Of a DNA stretch of 58,734 nt, positions 1 through 7,714 are shown piece by piece. How positions within the stretch are numbered: position 1 is the stretch's first letter; each line of letters starts with the position of its first letter. The notes beneath the pieces are model-generated. The model was not told the DNA's origin. It worked only from the letters and a program-made list of their open reading frames with translations, and searched no databases. A program made the translations under genes and the position numbers. Source of the stretch: Fibrobacteria bacterium (lineage in GTDB: Bacteria; Fibrobacterota; Fibrobacteria; UBA11236); the NCBI GenBank assembly GCA_050486505.1, contig JBJHDK010000008.1, forward strand, positions 1 to 58,734. Direction: 5' to 3'.

Positions 1-558
1 GTCCAGGAAGGCGCCGAGCAGCTGCATCCCGGCGCTGGTCAGGATGGACTCGGGGTGGAACTGCACCCCCTCCACGTCCACCTCACGGTGGAGCAGACCC
101 ATGATCAGGCCGTCCGAGGTCTCCGCGGTGACCTTCAAGACCGCCGGCAGGGTGGCCCGCTCCACGATCAGGGAGTGGTATCGGGTGGCGGTGAAGGGAG
201 AGGGGAGCCCCGCGAACAGGCCCTTTCCGTCATGCTCCACCTCTGAGACCTTGCCGTGCAGAGGCTCGGGCGCGCGCAGTACGATCCCGCCGAATGCCGT
301 GCCGATGGCCTGGTGCCCGAGGCAGACTCCGAGGAGGGGAATCTGCGGCGGCACGGCGCGGATGAGGTCGACGGAGATTCCGGCTTCGGCGGGGGTGCAG
401 GGGCCGGGGGAGACCACGATATGCGACGGCTTCATGGCGAGAACTTCCGCCACCGTCGCCTTGTCGTTGCGCACCACGCGCAGGTCGGGCTCCATCTCGC
501 CGAGGTATTGCACCAGGTTCCAGGTGAATGAATCGTAATTATCCAGGAATAGAATCAC
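1..558 (-). CDS. trpG: Anthranilate synthase component II (class I glutamine amidotransferase), 3' end runs off the window
   Basis: Not in the ORF track. Manual translation from GTG at 558 (GTGA overlap with the trpE stop) gives MILFLDNYDSFTWNLVQYLGEM...GVQFHPESILTSAGMQLLGAFLD. Confidence 0.93.
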   Translation of the reverse strand, partial: MILFLDNYDSFTWNLVQYLGEMEPDLRVVRNDKATVAEVLAMKPSHIVVSPGPCTPAEAGISVDLIRAVPPQIPLLGVCLGHQAIGTAFGGIVLRAPEPLHGKVSEVEHDGKGLFAGLPSPFTATRYHSLIVERATLPAVLKVTAETSDGLIMGLLHREVDVEGVQFHPESILTSAGMQLLGAFLD

Positions 559-2057
559 GATACGTTCCCCGATGATGCCATTTCCACCGCCAGCATGGCC
601 GCGCGGGCCTTGTGGCGTGTCTCATCGTATTCCGTGACGGGCACGGAGTCGGCCACGATCCCCGCGCCGGCCTGCGCGTAGGCGATGCCGTCTTTCAACG
701 TCAGCGTGCGGATGGCGATGGCCGAGTCGAGGTTGCCGCGGAAGTCGAGGTAGCACACCGCCCCGCCGTAGATGCCGCGGCGCGTGGGTTCCAGGTCGTC
801 GATGATTTGCATTGCGCGGATCTTCGGGGCGCCCGAGAGCGTGCCCGCGGGCAGGCACGACATCAGCGCGTCGAGCGCATGCTTGTCCTCACGCAGCCTT
901 CCCTTCACCACCGAGACGATGTGCATCACGTGGCTGAGGGGCTCGACCTCCATGAACTGCGCGACGCGCACGCTGCCGTAGGCGCACACGCGCCCGAGAT
1001 CATTGCGTCCCAGGTCGACCAGCATCACATGCTCGGCGCGTTCCTTCGGGTCGGCAAGCAGCTCCGCGGCCAGGGACTTGTCTTCCGCATCATCGCGCCC
1101 GCGCGGTCGCGTGCCCGCGATGGGCTTGGTCTCCGCTTCGCCGCCCTGCACCTTCACCAAAGTTTCGGGCGATGCTCCCACGACTTCGAAGTCGCCGTGG
1201 CCGGAGAAGTCGAGGTAGAACATGTAGGGCGACGGGTTGATCGCGCGCAGCCGGCGATACACCGACACCGCATCGGCGGAAACGGGCGCCTCGAAGCGCT
1301 GCGACAGCACGATCTGGAACGCGTCGCCCGCGCGAATGTATTCCTTGCAGGCTTCGACGCCTTCGAGGAATTGATCCCGCGTCATGTTCGACTTCCAGTC
1401 GAAAGAAGGCGGGAAGGACGCGGGGGACTCCAGGAGTCCGCCCCCTGCCAGGGGCGAGCGGAGTTCGGCTTCCAGGGAGTCGATCAGGGATACTGCGCGG
1501 TCGCGTGCGGCCTCGAGGCTGCCGTACACGTCGGGCATGACGTTGGCGACGATGCTGAGGCGGTGCTTGAGGTGATCGAACACCACGAAGGCCTCGTAGA
1601 TGCCGAAGTCGAGGTCGGGGATGCCGTAGTCGTCGCGGCCCTGCGCGGGGATGGTGTCCTCGAGGAGACGCACCGAGTCGTAGGCGAAAAACCCCACCGC
1701 TCCGCCCGCGAAGGCGGGCAGGTCGGGCTCCTCGACCGCGCGGAAGCGTTCCAGAAACTTCCGGAACTCATGGAGGGCGTCGCCCTCGAAGTCGCGTTCT
1801 TCCCTGCCCCGAACTGCGATGGATCGGCCGCGTGCACGGAAGACATAGAGTGGGTCGCGGCCAAGGAAGGAATAGCGCGCCAGTTTTTCGCCGATCTCGA
1901 CGCTTTCAAGCAGGAAAGCCCTTTCACCGGAGCGCTTCAGCTTCATCAGCGCGGTGATTGGGGTTTCCAGGTCGGGCAGGAAGTCGCGGCTGACGGGCAG
2001 CACGTTCGCACCGGATCGTTCCAGACGTTCGCGCATGGTGTCAATGGTGGGTATCAC
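555..2057 (-). CDS. trpE: Anthranilate synthase component I
   Basis: Motifs GDAFQIVLSQRF, NPSPYMFY, PIAGTRPRG, EHVMLVDLGRND, PAGTLSGAPKIRAMQII; coupled to trpG. Confidence 0.95.
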   Translation of the reverse strand: MIPTIDTMRERLERSGANVLPVSRDFLPDLETPITALMKLKRSGERAFLLESVEIGEKLARYSFLGRDPLYVFRARGRSIAVRGREERDFEGDALHEFRKFLERFRAVEEPDLPAFAGGAVGFFAYDSVRLLEDTIPAQGRDDYGIPDLDFGIYEAFVVFDHLKHRLSIVANVMPDVYGSLEAARDRAVSLIDSLEAELRSPLAGGGLLESPASFPPSFDWKSNMTRDQFLEGVEACKEYIRAGDAFQIVLSQRFEAPVSADAVSVYRRLRAINPSPYMFYLDFSGHGDFEVVGASPETLVKVQGGEAETKPIAGTRPRGRDDAEDKSLAAELLADPKERAEHVMLVDLGRNDLGRVCAYGSVRVAQFMEVEPLSHVMHIVSVVKGRLREDKHALDALMSCLPAGTLSGAPKIRAMQIIDDLEPTRRGIYGGAVCYLDFRGNLDSAIAIRTLTLKDGIAYAQAGAGIVADSVPVTEYDETRHKARAAMLAVEMASSGNVS

Positions 2058-2114
2058 AGCCTTGTTCCCGCGAAAAAACCGTAAAAACAGTCGAGGAATA
2101 ATAGTTTAAGACCC

Positions 2115-3728
2115 ATGCCCGCCCCGTGGATCCGCTTGTTGCCGCTTGTCTTCTGCACGGGTTTTGCCTGGGCCGGTGACGCCCCCGTGAAAGTCTGGGT
2201 CGAGCTGCGCGACAAAGGCCCCACGGCCTCCGGCCTGACGGGGCTTGCCTGGGAAGACGCCCCCGTGCATCCGCCTTACCTCGAAGCGTTGCGATCCGGG
2301 GGGCTCGACATCTCCGTGACACTGCGGTGGCAGAACCGCATCTCGGGGCGCGTCGAGCCTTCCCGCGTGCAGGCGTTGCGGGCGCTTCCCTTCGTTCGGG
2401 CGGTGGAAGAGTTTCCGCGCAAGGTCCCGCAGGCCCCGGCCAGGGGCGCGTCCCCGCGCGTCCCCCCATCTCTCGCCAAATCCTCCACGACGGACTTTTG
2501 GGAGTTCGGCGCCTTGTTCGCGGGAACCGGCCTCGGAGCCTTGCGTGACACGCTCGCGCTCCGAGGGTTGCTTTCCGGGCAGGGAGTGCGCATCGCCCTG
2601 ATGGACGCGGACTTCTTTCTCGGTCACCGTGCCTTTGATTCACTGCGCGCATCGGGGCGGATCGTGGATCAATGGGATTTCGTGGGGGACACCTCCGTGG
2701 CCGTACTGGATTCCGTGGGCCCGAGTCACGGCGCCCTCGTCCTGTCACTGCTTGCGGGACGCCTTCCCGGCACGCTGGAGGGGGCGGCTCCGGACGCGGA
2801 ATATCTCCTCTACCGGACCGAGGACGAACTCGTCGAAGATTACGTCGAGGAGGATTTTCTGGCCGCGGCCTTTGAACGCGCGGTTGATTCCGGAGCTCAA
2901 GTGATCAACGTCAGCCTCGGCTACCGGTACGATTTCGATACGCTTCCCGATTTCCCGCATGCCATGATGGACGGCCGCACGCGTCCCTCCTCGCTCGCGG
3001 CGATCGGCGCGGCCCGGCGCGGAGCGATCGTGGTGGTGGCGGCGGGGAACGAGGGACTGCTGCGCGACGGAGAACCGACGCTCACGGCGCCGGCGGATGC
3101 CGACAGCATTCTCGCCGTGGGCATGGTCACCGCCGCGGGCACGCGATGCGGCTACTCGAGCACGGGGCCATCGTTCGACGGGAGGATCAAGCCCGATCTT
3201 TCCTCGCTGGGATGCATTGTGCGCGTGGCCAGTCCCGCGACGCTTTCAGGGGTCTCGAATTCCGGAGGCACGAGTGTGGGGGCACCGGTGGTGGCGGGTG
3301 CGGCGGCGCTTCTCTTGCAATTGCACCCGGGAGATGCAGGGGTCGGGGCCGCCCAGCAGGTTCGCAGGGCGCTGCTCGAAGCCGCCTCCCGGGCCGCGAA
3401 TCCGGACAACCTCGCCGGGCACGGCCTGATGCGTGCAGCCGAGGCCCATTGCGCGCTCGCCTTCGGCGGTGCGTGCGTCCCTCCGCGCCCCCCGCTTGCA
3501 GCGAAGGGCGTGTACATGTGGCGCGGCGGGACGCTGGGCGCGCTGCCGTGGCCCAACGACCTCGACATGCAGCGCGCGCGCGCATGGGATCTTCAGGGGC
3601 GCTCCGTCCCCATTCGGGGAACGCAGGTGCTCGATGATGACGGCAACGCCCTGCTGCGCTCTCCCGTGCGCCGCGCGCCGGGCCCGTACATCTTGAGAGT
3701 TCCTGCCGTGGAAGGAGGCTCCCCGTAA
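2115..3728 (+). CDS. Secreted S8 (subtilisin-like) serine peptidase with T9SS-like C-terminal tail
   Basis: Signal peptide; catalytic-triad motifs IALMDA, HGALV, GTSVGAP; oxyanion AAGNEG; C-terminal AWDLQGR...PGPYILR. Confidence 0.9.
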   Translation: MPAPWIRLLPLVFCTGFAWAGDAPVKVWVELRDKGPTASGLTGLAWEDAPVHPPYLEALRSGGLDISVTLRWQNRISGRVEPSRVQALRALPFVRAVEEFPRKVPQAPARGASPRVPPSLAKSSTTDFWEFGALFAGTGLGALRDTLALRGLLSGQGVRIALMDADFFLGHRAFDSLRASGRIVDQWDFVGDTSVAVLDSVGPSHGALVLSLLAGRLPGTLEGAAPDAEYLLYRTEDELVEDYVEEDFLAAAFERAVDSGAQVINVSLGYRYDFDTLPDFPHAMMDGRTRPSSLAAIGAARRGAIVVVAAGNEGLLRDGEPTLTAPADADSILAVGMVTAAGTRCGYSSTGPSFDGRIKPDLSSLGCIVRVASPATLSGVSNSGGTSVGAPVVAGAAALLLQLHPGDAGVGAAQQVRRALLEAASRAANPDNLAGHGLMRAAEAHCALAFGGACVPPRPPLAAKGVYMWRGGTLGALPWPNDLDMQRARAWDLQGRSVPIRGTQVLDDDGNALLRSPVRRAPGPYILRVPAVEGGSP

Positions 3729-3801
3729 TTTTTCGATCGCTCCGCCGCCTCGTGAGCCGCTTCGCAATTCCCGTCAATTCTTGTTTCACTACTATTCCCC
3801 C

Positions 3802-4578
3802 ATGAGTCGCAAGACATTCCCGTTCGTTGCGGCGCTGGTGTTGCTCGCCGGCGGCTTCGCCGAGGCGCAATGGTCGCGAACCCCTGTCGTGCGCCCCGAG
3901 ATCCTCGCAGGGCTGCCGCACGACACCTCCGCCTTCACTCAGGGGCTTCTGTGGCTTGATGGAAACCTTTTCGAGAGCACCGGGCAATACGGAAAATCAT
4001 CATTGCGCGAGGTCGAGCCCGAGACGGGCAAGGTGCTTCGAATTCAGGCGCTTCCCGACCGGTATTTCGGCGAGGGGCTGGCTTGGTACCGCGGCGAGTT
4101 CGTGCAGCTCACCTGGCGCGAGGGCGTGGCATTCCGCTGGGCGCGTGACGACTGGAGCGAGCCGCTCGGCACCTTCACGTACGATGGTGAAGGGTGGGGG
4201 CTTGCCGCGATGGACGGCGCGCTTTGGATGACCAACGGATCCGACACCCTGTATCGCCGCGACGCTTCGTTCCGGGTGACCCGCAAGGTTCCGGTCCGCC
4301 TCGATGGCCGTCCGGTGCCTCGGCTCAATGAACTGGCGGCCGTGCGGGGAAAAATCATCGCCAATCTTTTCTATTCGGATTCGCTCGTCGTCATCGATCC
4401 TGAGTCCGGGCGCGTTCTCGCCGTCGTCGACGGAAGCGGGGTCGCCGCTCGCAGCGGTCGCCGCTCCCGGCACGACGTGATGAATGGCGTGGCCTGGGAT
4501 CCGGGTCGCAACGAGTTTTATCTCACGGGCAAGAATTGGCCTGTCATGTTCCGGGTTCGCATTCCTTTTGCATTCTGA
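3802..4578 (+). CDS. Glutaminyl-peptide cyclotransferase (plant/bacterial type)
   Basis: PHDTSAFTQGL, ESTGQYG, FGEGLA, QLTW, EGWGL, LNEL, MNGVAWD, TGKNWP motifs; start chosen at MSRKTF with a signal peptide. Confidence 0.92.
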   Translation: MSRKTFPFVAALVLLAGGFAEAQWSRTPVVRPEILAGLPHDTSAFTQGLLWLDGNLFESTGQYGKSSLREVEPETGKVLRIQALPDRYFGEGLAWYRGEFVQLTWREGVAFRWARDDWSEPLGTFTYDGEGWGLAAMDGALWMTNGSDTLYRRDASFRVTRKVPVRLDGRPVPRLNELAAVRGKIIANLFYSDSLVVIDPESGRVLAVVDGSGVAARSGRRSRHDVMNGVAWDPGRNEFYLTGKNWPVMFRVRIPFAF

Positions 4579-4581
4579 GCC

Positions 4582-5730
4582 GTGAATCACCCACGTACCC
4601 GAACGTTTGCCTTTCTTGCGCGTCTCCCGACACCGGGTCGGGTGATGCTGCGAGCCGCCCCGCTCCCGGCGTTGCTCGCGCTCATGGTTGCATCCGACGC
4701 CTCCGAGTTGCGCTGGGTGCGCACCGCCGAATGGCTGGGGAACGATTCCGCGGCGACACTGGTGGTGCGGGAGCCGTGGCAGGGTGCGCGGGAACCCTTG
4801 GGCTACACCTTCATTCCGCCGACGGCGCCGCGCCGGGGCGCCCCCCCGACGGCGGTGCGCCTGCCGGTGCGGCGCGTGGCCGCGCTGGCGTCGGTGCACG
4901 TCGCCATGCTTTCGGAACTGGGCGAGGCGGAGCGCATCATCGCCGTCGACGCACGAAGCCATGTGTATGATGCATCGGTGCGCGCCGCGGTGGCCGAGGG
5001 GAGAGTTCTGCCGGCGGGCTCGGGGCCGCAACTGAACGTGGAGCGGCTGCTGACGATGCGCCCCGATCTCGTGCTGGCCAATGCCGTCGGGGCTTCGGAG
5101 CATGCCGCGCTACAGAGGCTGGCTCGCGCGGGGGTTCCCGTGGTCATCACTTCCGAGTGGATGGAGAACCACCCACTGGCCCGTGCGGAGTGGCTGCGCG
5201 TCATCGGTCGTCTCGTCGGGCGCGCGGAACGGGCTGACTCGATCTTCGCTTTCGTCGAGTCCGCCTATCTCGAGCAGGCGGAGATCGCGCGCGCGCGGGA
5301 GGAAAAACCCTTCGTGATGCTGGGTGCCCCCTTCCGGGACCAGTGGTTCGTGCCCGGGGGACGCAGTTACATGGCGCGCTTTCTCGAGGATGCGGGCGCG
5401 TATTACCTCTGGCGCGACGACCTCAGTGCCGGAGGCATTCCGCTGAGCATCGAAACGGTGCTGGCGCGAGCTGCCGGCGCGCAGCTTTGGCTGAATCCGG
5501 GCGACTGGCGCAGCCTTGGAGACGGGGTTTCCCGCGACTCCCGCTTCAGTGCATTCTCCGCGTTCCGGCGCGGCGACGTGTACAACAACGATGCACGCCT
5601 TCATTCCGACGGAGCCAATGATTTCTGGGAATCTGGTGCGGTCCGCCCCGACCGCGTGCTGGCCGACCTGATTTCCATCTTTCACGGGACCGAGGACGCG
5701 CTTTACTACTACCGGAGGCTGCCGCCGTGA
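4582..5730 (+). CDS. ABC transporter periplasmic binding protein, cobalamin/iron-chelate family (BtuF-like)
   Basis: EWMENHPLARAEW and NDFWESGAVRPDRVLADL motifs; upstream of a FecCD permease and an ATPase. Confidence 0.85.
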   Translation: MNHPRTRTFAFLARLPTPGRVMLRAAPLPALLALMVASDASELRWVRTAEWLGNDSAATLVVREPWQGAREPLGYTFIPPTAPRRGAPPTAVRLPVRRVAALASVHVAMLSELGEAERIIAVDARSHVYDASVRAAVAEGRVLPAGSGPQLNVERLLTMRPDLVLANAVGASEHAALQRLARAGVPVVITSEWMENHPLARAEWLRVIGRLVGRAERADSIFAFVESAYLEQAEIARAREEKPFVMLGAPFRDQWFVPGGRSYMARFLEDAGAYYLWRDDLSAGGIPLSIETVLARAAGAQLWLNPGDWRSLGDGVSRDSRFSAFSAFRRGDVYNNDARLHSDGANDFWESGAVRPDRVLADLISIFHGTEDALYYYRRLPP

Positions 5731-5733
5731 TTC

Positions 5734-5876
5734 AGTTGCGAGTTACGAGTTACGAATCAGGAGTGTGGGGAGTTTCTTTTTGGAAACGGAGTTTCGCAAA
5801 CATCGGCAGCAATGCGCGTGTACACTTCACACAAACACAGTCCTTGCGCTCGACTCGTAACTCGTAACTCGTCACT
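5734..5876. repeat. Inverted heptamer tandem arrays (AGTTACG x3 / CGTAACT x3) around ~100 bp of spacer
   Basis: AGTTGCG-AGTTACG-AGTTACG at 5734-5754 and CGTAACT-CGTAACT-CGTCACT at 5856-5876. Confidence 0.85.
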
Positions 5877-5888
5877 CACAAAGCATTC

Positions 5889-6908
5889 ATGCCGAAGCAT
5901 CTTCTCATCTTCCCCCTCCTCGCGATGCTTGTCGTCGTCGCGTTCGTGGTGGACGTTTCGTTCGGCCCGGTGTTGCTTCCATGGCGCGAAGTGCTGGCCG
6001 TGCTCACGGGCGGCGGCGATCCCGATCCCGTCGCGCGCGTGATCATTCTCGAGTTTCGGCTGCCGCGCGCCGTGGCCGCCCTGGTCGCGGGTGCGAGCTT
6101 GGGAGTCGCGGGGTTTTTGCTGCAGACGCAGTTCCGGAGTCCGCTCGCAGGCCCCGCGGAACTGGGAGTGAGCTCGGGCGCGGGGCTCGGAGTGGCGGCA
6201 TTGCTGATGGCCCAGCCGCTTCTGCCGGTGGCACTGCTCTCCGCCTTCGGGCCGTGGCCGATGGCGGGTGCCGCGGCGCTGGGCGCTGCCGGAGCCATGG
6301 CGATCGTGCTGGCGCTCTCGGCGCGCCTGTGGGATTCGGCATCCCTGCTGTTGGCAGGATTGATGATCGCCAGCGCGTGCGGTGCCGTGATCAGCCTCAT
6401 GCAGTACTTCAGCGATGCGGAACAGCTCAAGGCCTACGCCCTGTGGGGATTCGGGAACCTCGGCGGCGTGACCTGGCCACAGAACGGCGTGATGGCGGCA
6501 TGCACGGTCGTCGGTCTCGTCGCCGCCATGGGGCTTTCGCGCCCGCTGTACGCGACCTTGCTGGGCGACTCCGCGGCCGCGGCCCTGGGGGTTCCCGTCA
6601 AGCGTTTTCGCATGGCAACGCTGGCGGTGGCCGCCCTGCTGGCCGGGGTCATCACGGCCTTTTGCGGTCCCATCGCCTTCGTCGGCCTGGCGGTACCCCA
6701 CATCGCGCGGGCCTTGCTGCGCCGTTCCGATCCACGCGTGCTGCAGCCGGCATGCATGCTCGTGGGAGCCGCCCTATTGCTGATTTGCGACAGCCTCAGC
6801 CACTTTCCGGGACGAGATGCGGTGCTGCCGCTCAATGCCATCACATCGTTGTTCGGCGCACCGACGGTGCTCTACTTCCTCTTGCGTCGCGCGAGGACCT
6901 CGGCATGA
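5889..6908 (+). CDS. FecCD/BtuC-family ABC permease
   Basis: RLPRA, FRSPLAGP..LGVSSGA, GPIAFVGLAVPHIAR; multiple TM segments. Confidence 0.92.
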   Translation: MPKHLLIFPLLAMLVVVAFVVDVSFGPVLLPWREVLAVLTGGGDPDPVARVIILEFRLPRAVAALVAGASLGVAGFLLQTQFRSPLAGPAELGVSSGAGLGVAALLMAQPLLPVALLSAFGPWPMAGAAALGAAGAMAIVLALSARLWDSASLLLAGLMIASACGAVISLMQYFSDAEQLKAYALWGFGNLGGVTWPQNGVMAACTVVGLVAAMGLSRPLYATLLGDSAAAALGVPVKRFRMATLAVAALLAGVITAFCGPIAFVGLAVPHIARALLRRSDPRVLQPACMLVGAALLLICDSLSHFPGRDAVLPLNAITSLFGAPTVLYFLLRRARTSA

Positions 6909-7696
6909 ACGGCGCAAGGCCTTCCTTTCCGCCCCTCTCGGCGCGGGGGCTCGCCGTTGGATACGCGCATGCGCTGTTTCCCGCATTCGATCTCGATCTC
7001 AATGCCGGCGAGCTCACCTGCTTGCTGGGCGGCAACGGGGCGGGGAAAAGCACCTTGCTGAAAACCCTCGCCGGCATTCTTCCCGAGGTCTCCGGCACGG
7101 TTCGTTTGGGGGGTGATCCCTTGCAGGAACTCTCCGGAAGGGAACGTGCCCGTCGTGTCGGCCTGTTGCTCACGGATTCCGGGTTGCCGCCCTATCTGCT
7201 CGGGCGCGAGCTGGTGTCGCTCGGCCGCACGCCGCATGCCTCGTGGTTCCCCGCGGTCCGCGACGAGGACGATGGCGTGGCCGAAAGCGCGATGGAGAGC
7301 CTGCGTTGCATGCACCTCGCGGACCGGCGCCTGGGGGAGATCAGCGACGGCGAAAAGCAGCGCCTGTGTCTTGCGCGCGTGCTGGCCCAGGACGCTCCGG
7401 TGCTCTTGCTCGACGAGCCATTGGCGCACCTTGATCTCCCGGCCAAGGCCGAGCTGCTTTCCCTGCTGCGCGACTGGGTGCGCGCCGCGCCCGGGCGCAC
7501 GGCGCTGGCAGCAGTGCACGAAGTCGACCTTGCATTGGGGCTTGCGGACAGCTGCCTGATGGTGGCTTCTGGAGAATTTCCGTTCCACGGGACACCTGAG
7601 GACGCGACCGGGGACGCATTGCGACGCACGTTTCCCGGGTGGCCCGACTTCTGGGATCCCCTCGCGCTTCGCCGCGGATATCTCGGGCGATCCTGA
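6905..7696 (+). CDS. ABC transporter ATP-binding subunit (BtuD/FecE-like)
   Basis: Walker A GGNGAGKST, signature ISDGEKQR, Walker B LLLDEP; ATG at 6905 overlaps the permease stop. Confidence 0.9.
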   Translation: MNGARPSFPPLSARGLAVGYAHALFPAFDLDLNAGELTCLLGGNGAGKSTLLKTLAGILPEVSGTVRLGGDPLQELSGRERARRVGLLLTDSGLPPYLLGRELVSLGRTPHASWFPAVRDEDDGVAESAMESLRCMHLADRRLGEISDGEKQRLCLARVLAQDAPVLLLDEPLAHLDLPAKAELLSLLRDWVRAAPGRTALAAVHEVDLALGLADSCLMVASGEFPFHGTPEDATGDALRRTFPGWPDFWDPLALRRGYLGRS

Positions 7697-7714
7697 CCTC
7701 ACCGACCGGGTCCG

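Noticed and set aside
2115..3728. Subtilase as the pilin-maturing protease
   Set aside because: Over 40 kb away with no evidence of Lys specificity or linkage.
4540..5888. Cobalamin riboswitch for the btu-like operon
   Set aside because: Only 3 bp separate the binding-protein gene from the upstream gene, and I saw no B12-box in the 5731-5888 spacer.
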